This document shows positions 40,186 through 51,391 of a stretch of DNA of 64,000 nucleotides, in pieces. The notes below the pieces were generated by a model, which saw nothing but the letters and a program-made list of their open reading frames with translations, was not told the DNA's origin and made no database searches. The stretch covers positions 1,550,001-1,614,000 of the forward strand of contig NC_086098.1 in NCBI RefSeq assembly GCF_963921235.1, given 5' to 3'. This DNA is from Mobula hypostoma. Taxonomy: Eukaryota. The number at the start of each line of letters is the position of its first letter. Position 1 is the stretch's first letter. Position numbers and translations under genes: made by a program.

Positions 40186-41019
40186 ACCATTGACCTGCAC
40201 CCAGTCCATAACCCTCCAGACCTCTCCCATCCATGTATCTATCCAATTTATTCTTAAAACTTAAGAGTGAACCCGCATTTACCACGTCAGACAGCAGCTC
40301 GTTCCATGCTCCCACCACTCTCTGAGTGAAGAAGTTCCCCCTAATGTTCCCCCTCAACCTTTCCTCTTTCACCCTAAAGCCATGTCCTCTCATATTTATA
40401 TCTCCTAATCTAAGTGGAAAGAGCCTACTCGCATTTACTCTGTCTATACCCCTCATAATTTTGTAAACCTTGATCAACCCCCCCCACCCCATTCTTCTAC
40501 ACTCTAAGGAATAAAGTCCTAACCTGTTCAATCTTTCCCTGTAACTCAACTCTTGAAGACCCGGCAACATCCTAGTACATCTTCTCCGTACTCTTTCAAT
40601 CTTACTGTTATCCTTCCTATAGTTAGGTGACCAGAACCATACACAATACTCCAAATTTGACCTCACCAATGTCTTATACAACCTCACCATAACATCCCAA
40701 CTCCTATACTCAATACTTCGATTTATAAATGCCAGGATGCCAAAAGCTTTCTTTACAACCCTGTCTACCTGTGACGCCACTTTCAGGGAATTATATATCT
40801 GAACTCCCAGATCTCTTTGTTCCTCCGCACTCCTCTGTGGCCTACCATTTACTGTGTATGTCCTACCTTGATTTGTCCTTCCAAAATGCAACATCTCACA
40901 CTTGTCTGCATTAAATTCCATCTGCCATTTTCTGGCCCATTTTTCCAGTTGGTCCAGATCCCTCTGCAAGCTTTGAAAGCCTTCCTCGCTGTCCATAATG
41001 CCTCCAATCTTAGTGTCAT
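40186..41019 (-). mobile_element. CR1 ORF2 C-terminal fragment, lacking its 3' tail
   Basis: ORF 40136-40996 contains LQRDLDQL, WQMEFN and FFTQRVVGAWNEL. Confidence 0.9.
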
Positions 41020-42864
41020 AACAAAAACAGAATAAGAATTAGCATCATATTCAGAATTGGAAACAGTGCAGAAACAGAATTAAAAGTTAGAACCAGAATC
41101 AGAATTGGAATTGGAATCAGAATCACAAACAGAAACAGAAAAGGAAAGAGAATTAGAATTAGATTTAGAAAGAGAAACGGAAACAGTATTAGAAGCAGAA
41201 TATGAATCAGAATCAGAATTAAACAAGATCAGAAACATAAACAGAATCAGAAATGAATTCGGAATCAGAAACAGAATATGAAACAGAAACAGAATTTGAA
41301 CTAGAATCAGAAGCAAAGAGAATCAGACACAGAAAGAGAAATGGAATCAGAAAGAGAAACAGAATCAGAAATAAAATTAAATTCAGAATCAGAAACAAAT
41401 AGAATTAGAAACGGAAACTGAAATTAGAATTAGAAAACGAAACAGAAATAAAAACAATTTTAGAATCAGAATCAGATACAGATACAGAAACAGTATCAGA
41501 ATCAGTATTGAAATCACAACCAGAATCGAATTGAAGCAAAAATCAGAATTAGAATTGGAATCAGGATAAGAATCAGAAACAGACACAGAATAAGAATTAG
41601 CATCATAATCGGAATTGGAAATAGAATTAAAAATCAGAACCAGAAGCAGAAAGAGAATTAGAAATAAAATCAGAATTGGAATCAGAATTGAAATCAGAAA
41701 CAGAAATAGAATCAGAATTAGAATTAGAAAGAGAAACAGAAACAGAATTAGAACCATATGAGAATCAGAATCTGAAATAGATAAGATCAGAAACTGAAAC
41801 AAAAAAAGAATCAGAAATGGAAACAGAATCAGATTAGGAGTTGGAATCAGAATCAGAATAAGAATCAAAAACAGAAACAGAAGCAGAATAAGAACTAGCA
41901 TCATAATCGGAATTGGAAACAGGTTCAGCAACAGAATTAAAAATCAGAATTGGAATTGGAATTGAAATCAGAAACAGGAACAGAAGTAGAATTAGCATTA
42001 GAAAGAGATAAGGAAACAGAATTAGAACCAGAATGAGAATCAGAATCAGAAATAAACAAGATCAGAAACAGAAACAGAATCAGAAATGGAAACAGAATCA
42101 GACTTAGAGCCAGAATCTGTATCAGAACCAGAAGCATAAATAGAATCAGATTCAAAATTGAATCAGAAACAAACTCGGAATCAGAAACAGGATAGAATTT
42201 AAAACAGAATCAGAATTGGAATCAGAATTGGAATTGGAATCAGAATCAGAATATGAAACAGAATAAGAAACAGAAACAAATTCAAAATCAGAATCACAAC
42301 CAAACAGAAACAGAAACAGAATTAGAACCAGAAACTGAAAAAGAAACAGAATTGAATCAGAATCAGAAATGGAAACAGAATCGGAAGAGGAATCAAAACT
42401 GGAATCAGAATTAGAACAGTATCAGAATCAGAAACAGTAACAGAATCAGAGAAAGAATCGGAATCAGAAACAGAATCAGAATCAGAATGAGAAACAGAAA
42501 CAGAAAAAGAATCAGAAGCAGAAGCAGAATCAGAAACCGAATCAGAATCAGAAACACAATAGAATCAAAAACAGAATTGGAATTAGAATCAGAATCCAAA
42601 TCAGAAACAAAAACAGAATCCAAATCAGATCAGAATCAGAAACAAAATAACAATTAGAATCATAATTGGAATCTGAATTGGAATCAGAAATATAAACAGA
42701 AGTGGAACAGGAGTCAGAATTAGAATCAGAATCAGAATCAGAAACAGAAGTGGAATCAGAAACAGAATCAGAATCAGAAACAAAAGAGAATCAGAAACAG
42801 AATTGGAATTATAATTGGAATTAGAATCAGAATCAGAAACGAAAACAGAATTGGAATCCTAATT

Positions 42865-44110
42865 CTGGTCAATGGCAGATGCCATCTCTCTGGCCCTACA
42901 TTCCTCCTTAGAACACCTGGAGAATAAAGATGTATATGTAAGGCTCCTTTTCATTGACTACAGCTCTGCTTTTAATAACATCATTCCAAATAAACTGATT
43001 CCTAAGCTCCAGAACCTGGGCCCTAGCACTGGGATCTGCAGCTGGATCTTCCTCACAGACAGGACCCAGACTGTAAAATAGGGGACGAGCTCTCCTCTAC
43101 AATCACTCTGAGCACTGGTGCCCCACAAGGCTGTGTACTCAGCCCCCTGCTGTATTCACTGTACACACATGATTGTGTAGCCAAGTTTCCATCAAACTCA
43201 ATATATAAGTTTGCTGATGACACCTCAATTGTAGGCCGTATCTCGGGTAGTGATGAGTTTGAGTACAGAGAAGAAGTTAAGAACCTGGTGGCATGGTTCA
43301 AAGACAATAACCTATCCCTCAACGTCAGCAAGTCGAAGGAATTGGTTGTTGACTTCAGAAGGAGTAGTGGACCGCACGACCCCATTTACATCAGTGGTGC
43401 GCAAGTGGAACAGGTCAAAGGCATTATGTTCCTCAGGGTCAATATCAGAAATGACCTGACTTGGTCCAACCAAGCACAGTCCACTGCCAAGAAGGCCCAC
43501 CAGCACCTTAACTTCCTGAGAAAGCTAAAGAAATTTGGCCTGTCCCCTAAAACCCTCACTAATTTTTATAGATGCACCGTAGAAAGCATTCTTCTAGGGT
43601 GCATCACAATTTGGTATAGAAGTTGTCCTGTCCAAGACCGGAAGAAGCTGCAGAAGATCATGAACACAGCCCAGCACATCACATAAACCAATCTTCCGTC
43701 CTTGGACTCACTTTACACTGCACGCTGTCAGAGCAGTGCTGCCAGGATAATCAAGGACATGACCCACCTAGCCAACACACTTTTTATCCCTCTTCCCTCC
43801 GGGAGAAGGCTCAGGAGCTTGAAGACTCGTACGGCCAGATTTGGGAACAGCTTCTTTCCAACTGTGATAAGACTGCTGAATGGATCCTGACCCAGATCTG
43901 GGCCATACCCTCCAAATATCTGGACCTACCTCTCAGTTTTTTTGCACTACCTTACTTTCCCTTTTTTATTTTCTATTTATGATTTAAAATTTAAATTTTT
44001 ACTATTTACTATCAATTCGTATTCCATGGAGCGGGAAGCGCAGAATCAAATATCACTGTGATGATTGTACGCTCTAGTATCAATTGTTTGGCAACAATAA
44101 AGTAAAGTTA
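42865..44110 (+). mobile_element. Rex1/Babar-clade LINE, 5'-truncated (RT, DUF1891-like C-terminus, 3' UTR, (TAAAG)n tail)
   Basis: Encodes [45 protein letters not shown] and KKAHQHLNFLRKL..FYRCTVESIL. Confidence 0.9.
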
Positions 44111-44529
44111 AGAATTTGGAATTTGAATCCAGAATTAGAATGAAAATCAGAATCAGAAGCAGAAACAGAATTAGAACCATAATCAGAATCAGAAATATAA
44201 ACAGAATTGGAATCAGAGACAGAAATAGAATCAGAAACAGAAATTGAATCATAAATAGAATAGAATTGGAAAGAGAAATTGGATTAGAATCAGAATCAGA
44301 AACAGAAACAGAATCAGAATCAGAAACAAGAATAGAAACAGAAAAAGGAACAGAATAAGAATTAAAATCATAATCAAAATCAGAAACCTTCCAGAACCCT
44401 TCTGGTTAGTAGGTTAATTCGTCATTGTAAATTATCTTGTGATTAGGTTACGGTTAAATGTGTGGATTGCAGGGCGATGTGGCTCATTGGGTCAGAAGGG
44501 CCCATTCTGCACTGTATCTCCAAATAATG

Positions 44530-44633
44530 ACATGCTTTTATGCATTGATTTGCTGCTACATGATTGGCTGATTAGATATTTGTATTAACGAGCTGGTGTA
44601 CAGGTGTACTTAACAGAATAGCCACTAAGTGTA
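44530..44633 (-). mobile_element. Tc1-derived element terminus
   Basis: The reverse complement matches 57683-57785 (CACT(T/C)AGTGGC..GTACACCTGTAC...AATATCTAATCAGCCAATC). Confidence 0.65.
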
Positions 44634-45614
44634 TGTTCCCTATTTTTCGACAGACATGCTGAATACAGATGGAAGATAAAAATAGACTAGGTATTAAAAC
44701 ACAACTGTGAAATGTACCAACAGAGTTATGTGTCAATTAAATTACAAGGATGCCTTTCAAATGCTCTGTATCACATGGTTGTGGCTCTCTATCTGCTCTA
44801 CTTATTTAATTTAATTCTCTCTCTCTCTCTCATATATATATTTATTTCTCATTGTAATTTATAGTTTTTATTACTATATTGCAATGTTCTGCTGTCACAT
44901 AACAACTAATTTCAGGACAAATGTCAGTGATATTAAACCTGAGTCTGAATCTGGAGATTGTTCACTTCTGTGAGATATCAGTAATTATACAGCTTAAAAA
45001 GGGAGGGTACTCAACTCTTCGTTAATGTGCATTGTGATTTTTAAATTTTAATCTTCTTACTTGCCTGCCATAACATTAGTGAAAACCCCAGAAAGACACA
45101 GTGTGAGCGGGCTGACTGGAAAATTCACTCCCCCTTCCTCTGTTCCTCCCCCAAGGCATTCGACTAGATCGAGTCCCAAGTCAGCACTTTCTGGTACTAA
45201 GTGCCGTTCTCCCGTGCAATTTATAATGTAATATGTCTTGTTTTTACAAATAGGGAGAACATAGATTTTCAAGTTGGATTCGGAAGATCCCTGGAGCTCG
45301 CTAAGGGAACCCAGGGGTCTAATAAGTCCTTGGGTTTTTGAATGTATTAAGCTGAATATACCATATATATTGATAATTGCATCTCACAAACTATATTTCA
45401 TAGTTTGTCCTGTACCTATTGATTTACTGACACATCATTTCTGTTGCTATTTCCTGATAACTATTTCCTGTAATGATGAAAGAAGCTGACTTTGGCTGAC
45501 GCTGTCGTCTTTAGGATAGAACTGAACTGCATGAAAATGTGTCACTACTTGGATAGGAAGTTAAAATTCCAGTATTCCAGGCAACAGTCAGTCCAAATTT
45601 ACTGGACATTCCAC

Positions 45615-46440
45615 ATTACAGCACAGTACAGGCCCATTGACCCACTTTCTTATTTACTCTAAGATCAATCTTAGATAGGTCTCACCTTGTACCTTGTACT
45701 CCTTCCCCTCCCCCATCTTATTTTGGTTCCGGTTCTAATGAAGGGAATTGGTCTGAAATGTCAGCTCCTTGTTCCTCTCCGTTGATGATGCCTGACCTGC
45801 TGAGTTCCTCCAGCATTTTGTATGTGTTACTATGGATCTCCAGCATTCGAAGAACCTCTTGTGTTTAAGATCAATCTAACCTTCCTTCACACATAACCCT
45901 CCACTTTTCCATCATCCATTTACCTATCTAAAGGTTCCTTAAATGCTCCTAATGTATCTAATTCTACCACCACCGCTGGCAGGGCATTCCGCACACCCAC
46001 CACTCTTTGTGTAAAGAACTTACATCTGCCATCTCCCCTAAACATTTATCTAATCACCCTAAAATCATGCCTTCTCATATTAGCAATTACTGGTCTGAAG
46101 CAAAGTCTCTGGCTGTCCACTCTATCCATACCTTTTATCATTTTATGCACTTGATAGTCACCTCTCATCCTCTTTTACTCCAAAGAGGAAAGCCCTAGCT
46201 CACTCTACCTATCCACATAAGATACTCTCTCTAGTCCAGACAGCACCCTAGTAAATTTCCTCTGCACCCTTTCTAAAGCTTCTGAGGTGACTAGAACTGA
46301 ACACAATATTCCAAATGTGGTCTAATCCGGGTTTTATAGAGCTGCAACATTACCTCACAACTCTTCAACTCAGTTCCCTGATTAATTAAGACGACACACC
46401 ATATGACTTCTTAACAATGTGTGGCAACTTTGAGGTATTT
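45615..46440 (-). mobile_element. Old CR1 3' fragment, interrupted at 45672-45865
   Basis: Decayed CR1 ORF2 C-terminus (RPHLEYCVQF-like at about 46295-46325) followed by the 3' UTR. Confidence 0.7.
45672..45865 (+). mobile_element. Penelope-like element terminal-repeat fragment with a degenerate hammerhead-like motif and 12-bp TSD
   Basis: TSD TAAGATCAATCT at 45660-45671 and 45866-45877. CTAATGAAGGG..GTCTGAAATGTC is followed by GATGCCTGACCTGCTGAGTTCCTCCAGCA. Related pieces lie at about 49795-49870 (-) and 58607-58641. Confidence 0.6.
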
Positions 46441-46461
46441 TAACAGATTTATATTTTTTTT

Positions 46462-47075
46462 TAGATTATGAAGACACGCAGTCCTCTTTTATTGTCATTT
46501 AGTAATGCATGCATTAAGAAATGATACAATATTTCCTCCGGTGTGATATCACAAAACACAGGACAGAGCAAGACTGAAAAAACTGACAAAATCACATAAT
46601 TATAACATATAGTTACAAAAGTGCAACAATACCATAACTTGATGAAGAAGTCCATGAGCACAGTAAAGTTCAAAGTCTCTCAAATGTCCCACATCTCACG
46701 CAGACAGGAGAAGGAAGAAAAACTCTCCCTGCCATACCCGACCACGGTCCGACTCTGAGTCATCTGAAAACTTCGAGCTCTGATCAGCTCTCCGACACCG
46801 AGTACTGAGCACCATCTCTCTCCGAACGAATCGACCTCCTTCTCGGTCGCCAACAGCAGGCAAAGCCGGGGATTTTGAGGCCATCCCTCCGAAAGATTCC
46901 TGACCGCGCAGTAACGACAGCAGCGAACGGGCGTTTCAGAAATTTTCCAGATGTTCCTCAGTGCTTTCACGTCCCTCTCCATCAAATCAGAATTGTCCAC
47001 AGCCCCTATTTAACGGATACAATATCATTTTTCACCGGACGGCTGCGCAAACGCGGCGCGCTGCTCTCTCTCCTC
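46462..47075 (-). mobile_element. CpG-rich ~610-bp non-autonomous retroelement with a LINE-like 3' end
   Basis: Minus strand begins GAGAGAGCAGCGCGCCGCG and ends AAATGACAATAAAAGAGGACTGCGTGTCTTCATAATCTAAAAA. It is CpG-rich with no recognisable ORF. Confidence 0.5.
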
Positions 47076-47286
47076 CCACCTTTATCAGTACCTTTAATTT
47101 CTCACCAACTAGTTTATGACTTACTAACACTTTTCCTTTGAAAACAATTAAGCAGTTTCATTTTAATTTACTGTATACTTTAATTTTTCACATCTCTTGT
47201 TAGACTGACACACATCTCAAATTTCTGAGGAGAGTACTGAGATCACCAGGTGGATTTCAGCAGGAGATTGGACGAGTCACTTATAA

Positions 47287-48191
47287 ACATAGAAACATAG
47301 AAACATAGAAAATAGGTGCAGGAATAGGCCATTCGGCCCTTCGAGCCTGCACCGCCATTTATTATGATCATGGCTGATCATCCAACTCAGAACCCCGCCC
47401 CAGCCTTCCCTCCATACCCCCTGATCCCCGTAGCCACAAGGGCCATATCTAACTCCCTCTTAAATATAGCCAATGAACTGGCCTCAACTGTTTCCTGTGG
47501 CAGAGAATTCCACAGATTCACCACTCTCTGTGTGAAGAAGTTTTTCCTAATCTCGGTCCTAAAAGGCTTCCCCTCTATCCTCAAACTGTGACCCCTCGTT
47601 CTGGACTTCCCCAACATCGGGAACAATCTTCCTGCATCTAGCCTGTCCAATCCCTTTAGGATCTTATACGTTTCAATCAGATCCCCCCTCAATCTTCCAA
47701 ATTCCAATGAGTACAAGCCCAGTTCATCCAGTCTTTCTTCATATGAAAGTCCTGCCATCCCAGGAATCAATCTGGTGAACCTTCTTTGTATTCCCTCTAT
47801 GGCAAAGATGTCTTTCCTCAGATTAGGGGACCAAAACTGCACACAATACTCCAGGTGTGGTCTCACCAAGGCCTTGTACAACTGCAGTAGTACCTCCCTG
47901 CTCCTGTACTCGAATCCTCTCGCTATAAATGCCAGCATACCATTCGCCTTTTTCACCGCCTGCTGTACCTGCATGCCCACTTTCAATGACTGGTGTATAA
48001 TGACACCCAGGTCTCGTTGCACCTCCCCTTTTCCTAATCGGCCACCATTCAGATAATAATCTGTTTTCCTATTTTTGCCACCAAAGTGGATAACTTCACA
48101 TTTATCCACATTAAGTTGCATCTGCCATGAATTTGCCCACTCACCCAACCTATCCAAGTCACCCTGCATCCTCTTGGCATCCTCCTCACTG
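47287..48191 (-). mobile_element. Young 5'-truncated CR1 with (TTCTATGT)n tail
   Basis: Uninterrupted ORF2 C-terminus nearly identical to 52215-53108, with hairpin GAAGGGCCGAATGGCCT and tail. Confidence 0.95.
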
Positions 48192-48204
48192 TTTTCTATT
48201 TGGT

Positions 48205-49310
48205 TCAAAATCAGAATCCGAATTGGAATCAGAATTAAATTCAGAATCAAAATTGGAAAAAGGTTTATTATCACTGACATACGTTGTGAAATTTGTTGTT
48301 TTGCGGCAGCAGTACAGTGCAATACATAAAAATTACTATGTTAAATGAAGAATAAATACATAAATAAATACATAGTGCAAAATGAGATAGACAATAGACA
48401 ATAGGTGCAGGAGTAGGCCATTCGGCCCTTCGAGCCAGCACCACCATTCACTGTGATCATGGCTGATCATCTACAATCAGTATCCAGTTCCTGCCTTATC
48501 GCCATAGCCTCTGATTCCACTATCTTTAAGAGCTCTATCCATCTCTTTCTTGAAAGCATCCAGAGACTTGGCCTCCACAGCCTTCTGGGGCACAGCATTC
48601 CATATATCCACCACTCTCTGGGTGAAAAAGTTTTTCCTCAACTCCATTCTAAATGGCCTACCCCTTATTCTTAAACTGTGGCCTCTGGTTCTGAACTCAC
48701 CCATCAGTGGGAACATGCTCCCTGCCTCCAGCGTGTCCAATCCCTTAATAATCTTATATGTTTCAATAAGATCCCCTCTGAGCCTTCTAAATTCCAGAGT
48801 ATACAAGCCCAGTCACTCCAATCTTTCGACATATGACAGTCCCGCCATCCCGGGAATTAACCTTGTGAACCTACGCTGCACTCCCTCAATAGCAAGAATG
48901 TCCTTCCTCAAATTTGGAGACCAAAACTGCACACAGTACTCCAGGTGTGGTCTCACCAGGGCCCTGTACAGCTGCAGAAGGACCTCTCTGCTCCTATACT
49001 CAACTCCCCTTGTTATGAAGGCCAGCATGCCATTAGCTTTCTTCACTGCCTGCTGTACTTGCATGCTTACTTTCAGTGACTGACGTACAGAATGTAAAGA
49101 GATGTAAAGAATGAGTTATCATGCTGCGGGGTTCATTGTCCATTCAGAAATCTGATGGTAGAGGAGAAGAAACTGTTCCTAAAATATTGAGTGTGTGTCT
49201 TCAGGCTCCTCCACCTCCTCCCTGATGATCACAATGAGGAGAGGGCTTGTCCCTGTGGATGAGGTGCCCAATGATGGATGCTGCTTTCTTGATGCATCAT
49301 CATTGAAGGA
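48205..49310 (-). mobile_element. Rex/L2-type LINE 3' end with GATTCT-type tail, interrupted by a CR1
   Basis: TTTATTATCACTGACAT..GAAATTTGTTGTTTTGCGGCAGCAG end is the same family as 57648/61975. A remnant ORF tail lies at 49130-49305. Confidence 0.6.
48386..49085 (-). mobile_element. 5'-truncated CR1 with (CTATTGT)n tail
   Basis: ORFs 48813-49064 and 48477-48806, separated by a single stop codon. Confidence 0.92.
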
Positions 49311-49989
49311 GATCAAGAACAGGAAAATGCTTATGGAAATTCGGGGCTAGAGGGACTTCATAAAAATTTTAAGGCCTATCAAAAGCACAAATATTTTGCA
49401 TCTTTTGTTGTAAGCTGGTTGATATGCCAACCATTTGGACAGGATCAATGTATGCTCTACAAGGGTTCCTATAGAAGACAACGTCAGCACGAGATCAAAG
49501 TACGAATAACACAGTATCCGCCTCATCCATTGATCCATTTAATTTGTTCATTTTACCATATACATAAAAACATAGAAAATGTTATAGCACAATACAGGCC
49601 CTTTGGCCCACAAAGCTGTGCCGAACGTGTCCTTACTTTAGAAATTACCTAGAGTTACCCATAGCCCTCTATTTTTCTAAGCTCCATGTACCTGTTGTGT
49701 TTAGTTTCAAAGATTTTCATTGCAGATTTCTAGGTTCATATTTATCATGGAAATCACATCTGTAAACTTATGATTACACAGTCCTGGACAAAAGAGAGTC
49801 TGCAGATGCTGAACACACACAGCGCTGGAGGAGCTCAGCAGGTCAGGCAGCATCTATGAACGGTTGATGTGTTAACTTACAGTATGTCATAAATGCTACT
49901 CATTATTTGTTAACTTATTTCTGGTAATATTACTTTGTGTTATGTATGGTATATGTACTGTGTTGTGTATCTTGGTCTCAAGGAATGAT

Positions 49990-50690
49990 ATTGTACCCTC
50001 TGGTCCTAGACGACCCCCACTATAGGAAACATCCCCTCCTCATCACTCTATCGAGGCCTTTCAATATTCCATAGGTTTCAAAGAGATCCCCCTACTTCCC
50101 ACCATTCTTCTGAGTGCAGGCCCAGATGCTCTTCATCAAATGCTCCTGATACTTTAAGTTTTTCATTCATGGAATCGATCTTGTGAATGTCCTCTGGACC
50201 CCATCCATTGCCAGCACATCTTTTCTTAGATAAGGGGCCCAAAACTCCAATTATGAAGAAAACTCTACCTCCTTAGAAGTTTGCTAAAATACAACATGAT
50301 ATCTAAAACTTTGATGAACTTCTATTGATGTATATATATTGAGAATATATATTGACTGGTTGCATCATGGCTTGGTATGGAAACATCACGGGTAAACCTG
50401 TCCCTACCATTCAGCACATCTTCATGGAACGATGTCACAGGAAAGCAGTATCTGTCGTCAAGGATCCTCACCACCCAGGCCATGCTCTCTTCTTGCTGCT
50501 GCCATCAGGAAGAAGTTACAGGAGCCCAGGAGCCACAACACCAGGTTCAGCAACAGTTATTATCCATCAACCATCAGGTTCTTGAACTAGAGGGATAACT
50601 TTATTGAACTTCACTTGCCCATTACTGAACTGTTCCCACAACCTGTGGACTCACTTCCAAGGACTTGTCATCTCAATACTTACTGCTTAG
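49990..50690. mobile_element. CR1 fragment (minus, 49990-50250) joined to a Rex1/Babar 3' fragment (plus, 50255-50690)
   Basis: Plus reads LTGCIMAWYGN..KDPHHPGHALFLLLPSGRSYRS. Minus is a CR1 ORF2 C-terminal remnant. Confidence 0.7.
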
Positions 50691-51391
50691 TTATAAGACC
50701 ATAAGACAACAAGACACAGGAGCAGAAGTAAGCTATTCGGCCCATCAAGTCTGCTCCACTATTCAATCATGGGCTGATCCAATTCTTCCGGTCATCCCCA
50801 CTCCCCTGCCTTCTCCCCATACTCTTTGAAGCCCTGGCTAATCAAGAACCTATCTACCTCTGCCTTAAATACACCCAAAGACTTGACGTCCACGGTCACT
50901 CATGGCAACAAATTCCACAGATTTACCGCTTTCTGACTAAAGTAATTTCTCAGCATCTCTGTCCTAAATGGACGCCTTTCAATCCTGAAGTCATGCCCTC
51001 GTGTCCTAGACTCCTCTACCATGGGAAATAACTTTGCCATATCTAATCTGTTCAGGCCTTTTAACATTCGGAAAATTTCTATGAGATCCTCCTTCATTCT
51101 CCTGAACTCCAGGGAATACAGCCCAAGAGTTGCCAGACGTTCCTCATATGGTAACCCTTTCATTCCTGGAATCATTCTCATGAATCTTCTCTGAACCCTC
51201 TCCAATGTCAGTATATCCTTTCTAAAATAAGGAGTCCAAAACAGCACACAGTACTCCAAGTGTGGTCTCACGAGTGCCTTATAGAGCATCACATCACTGC
51301 TCTTATATTCTATACCTTCTTGAAATGAATGCCAACATTTCATTCAACTTCTTCATCACCAACTCAACCTGGAGGTTAACCTTTAGGCTAT

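Larger units (their letters stand above)
36157..44390 (+). repeat. Long degenerate hexamer microsatellite (AGAATC/AGAAAC/AGAATT)n in blocks 36157-36335, 37070-38310, 39767-40185, 41020-42860 and 44111-44390
   Basis: Directly visible. The tract is interrupted by LINE insertions. Confidence 0.95.

Noticed and set aside
36157..44390. SD-repeat, RI-repeat or hydrophobic (ILILF) membrane proteins
   Set aside because: These are translations of the hexamer microsatellite.
47387..48322. 311-aa ORF with a novel N-terminus
   Set aside because: It is a chance in-frame fusion of a neighbouring LINE tail to a truncated CR1 ORF2.
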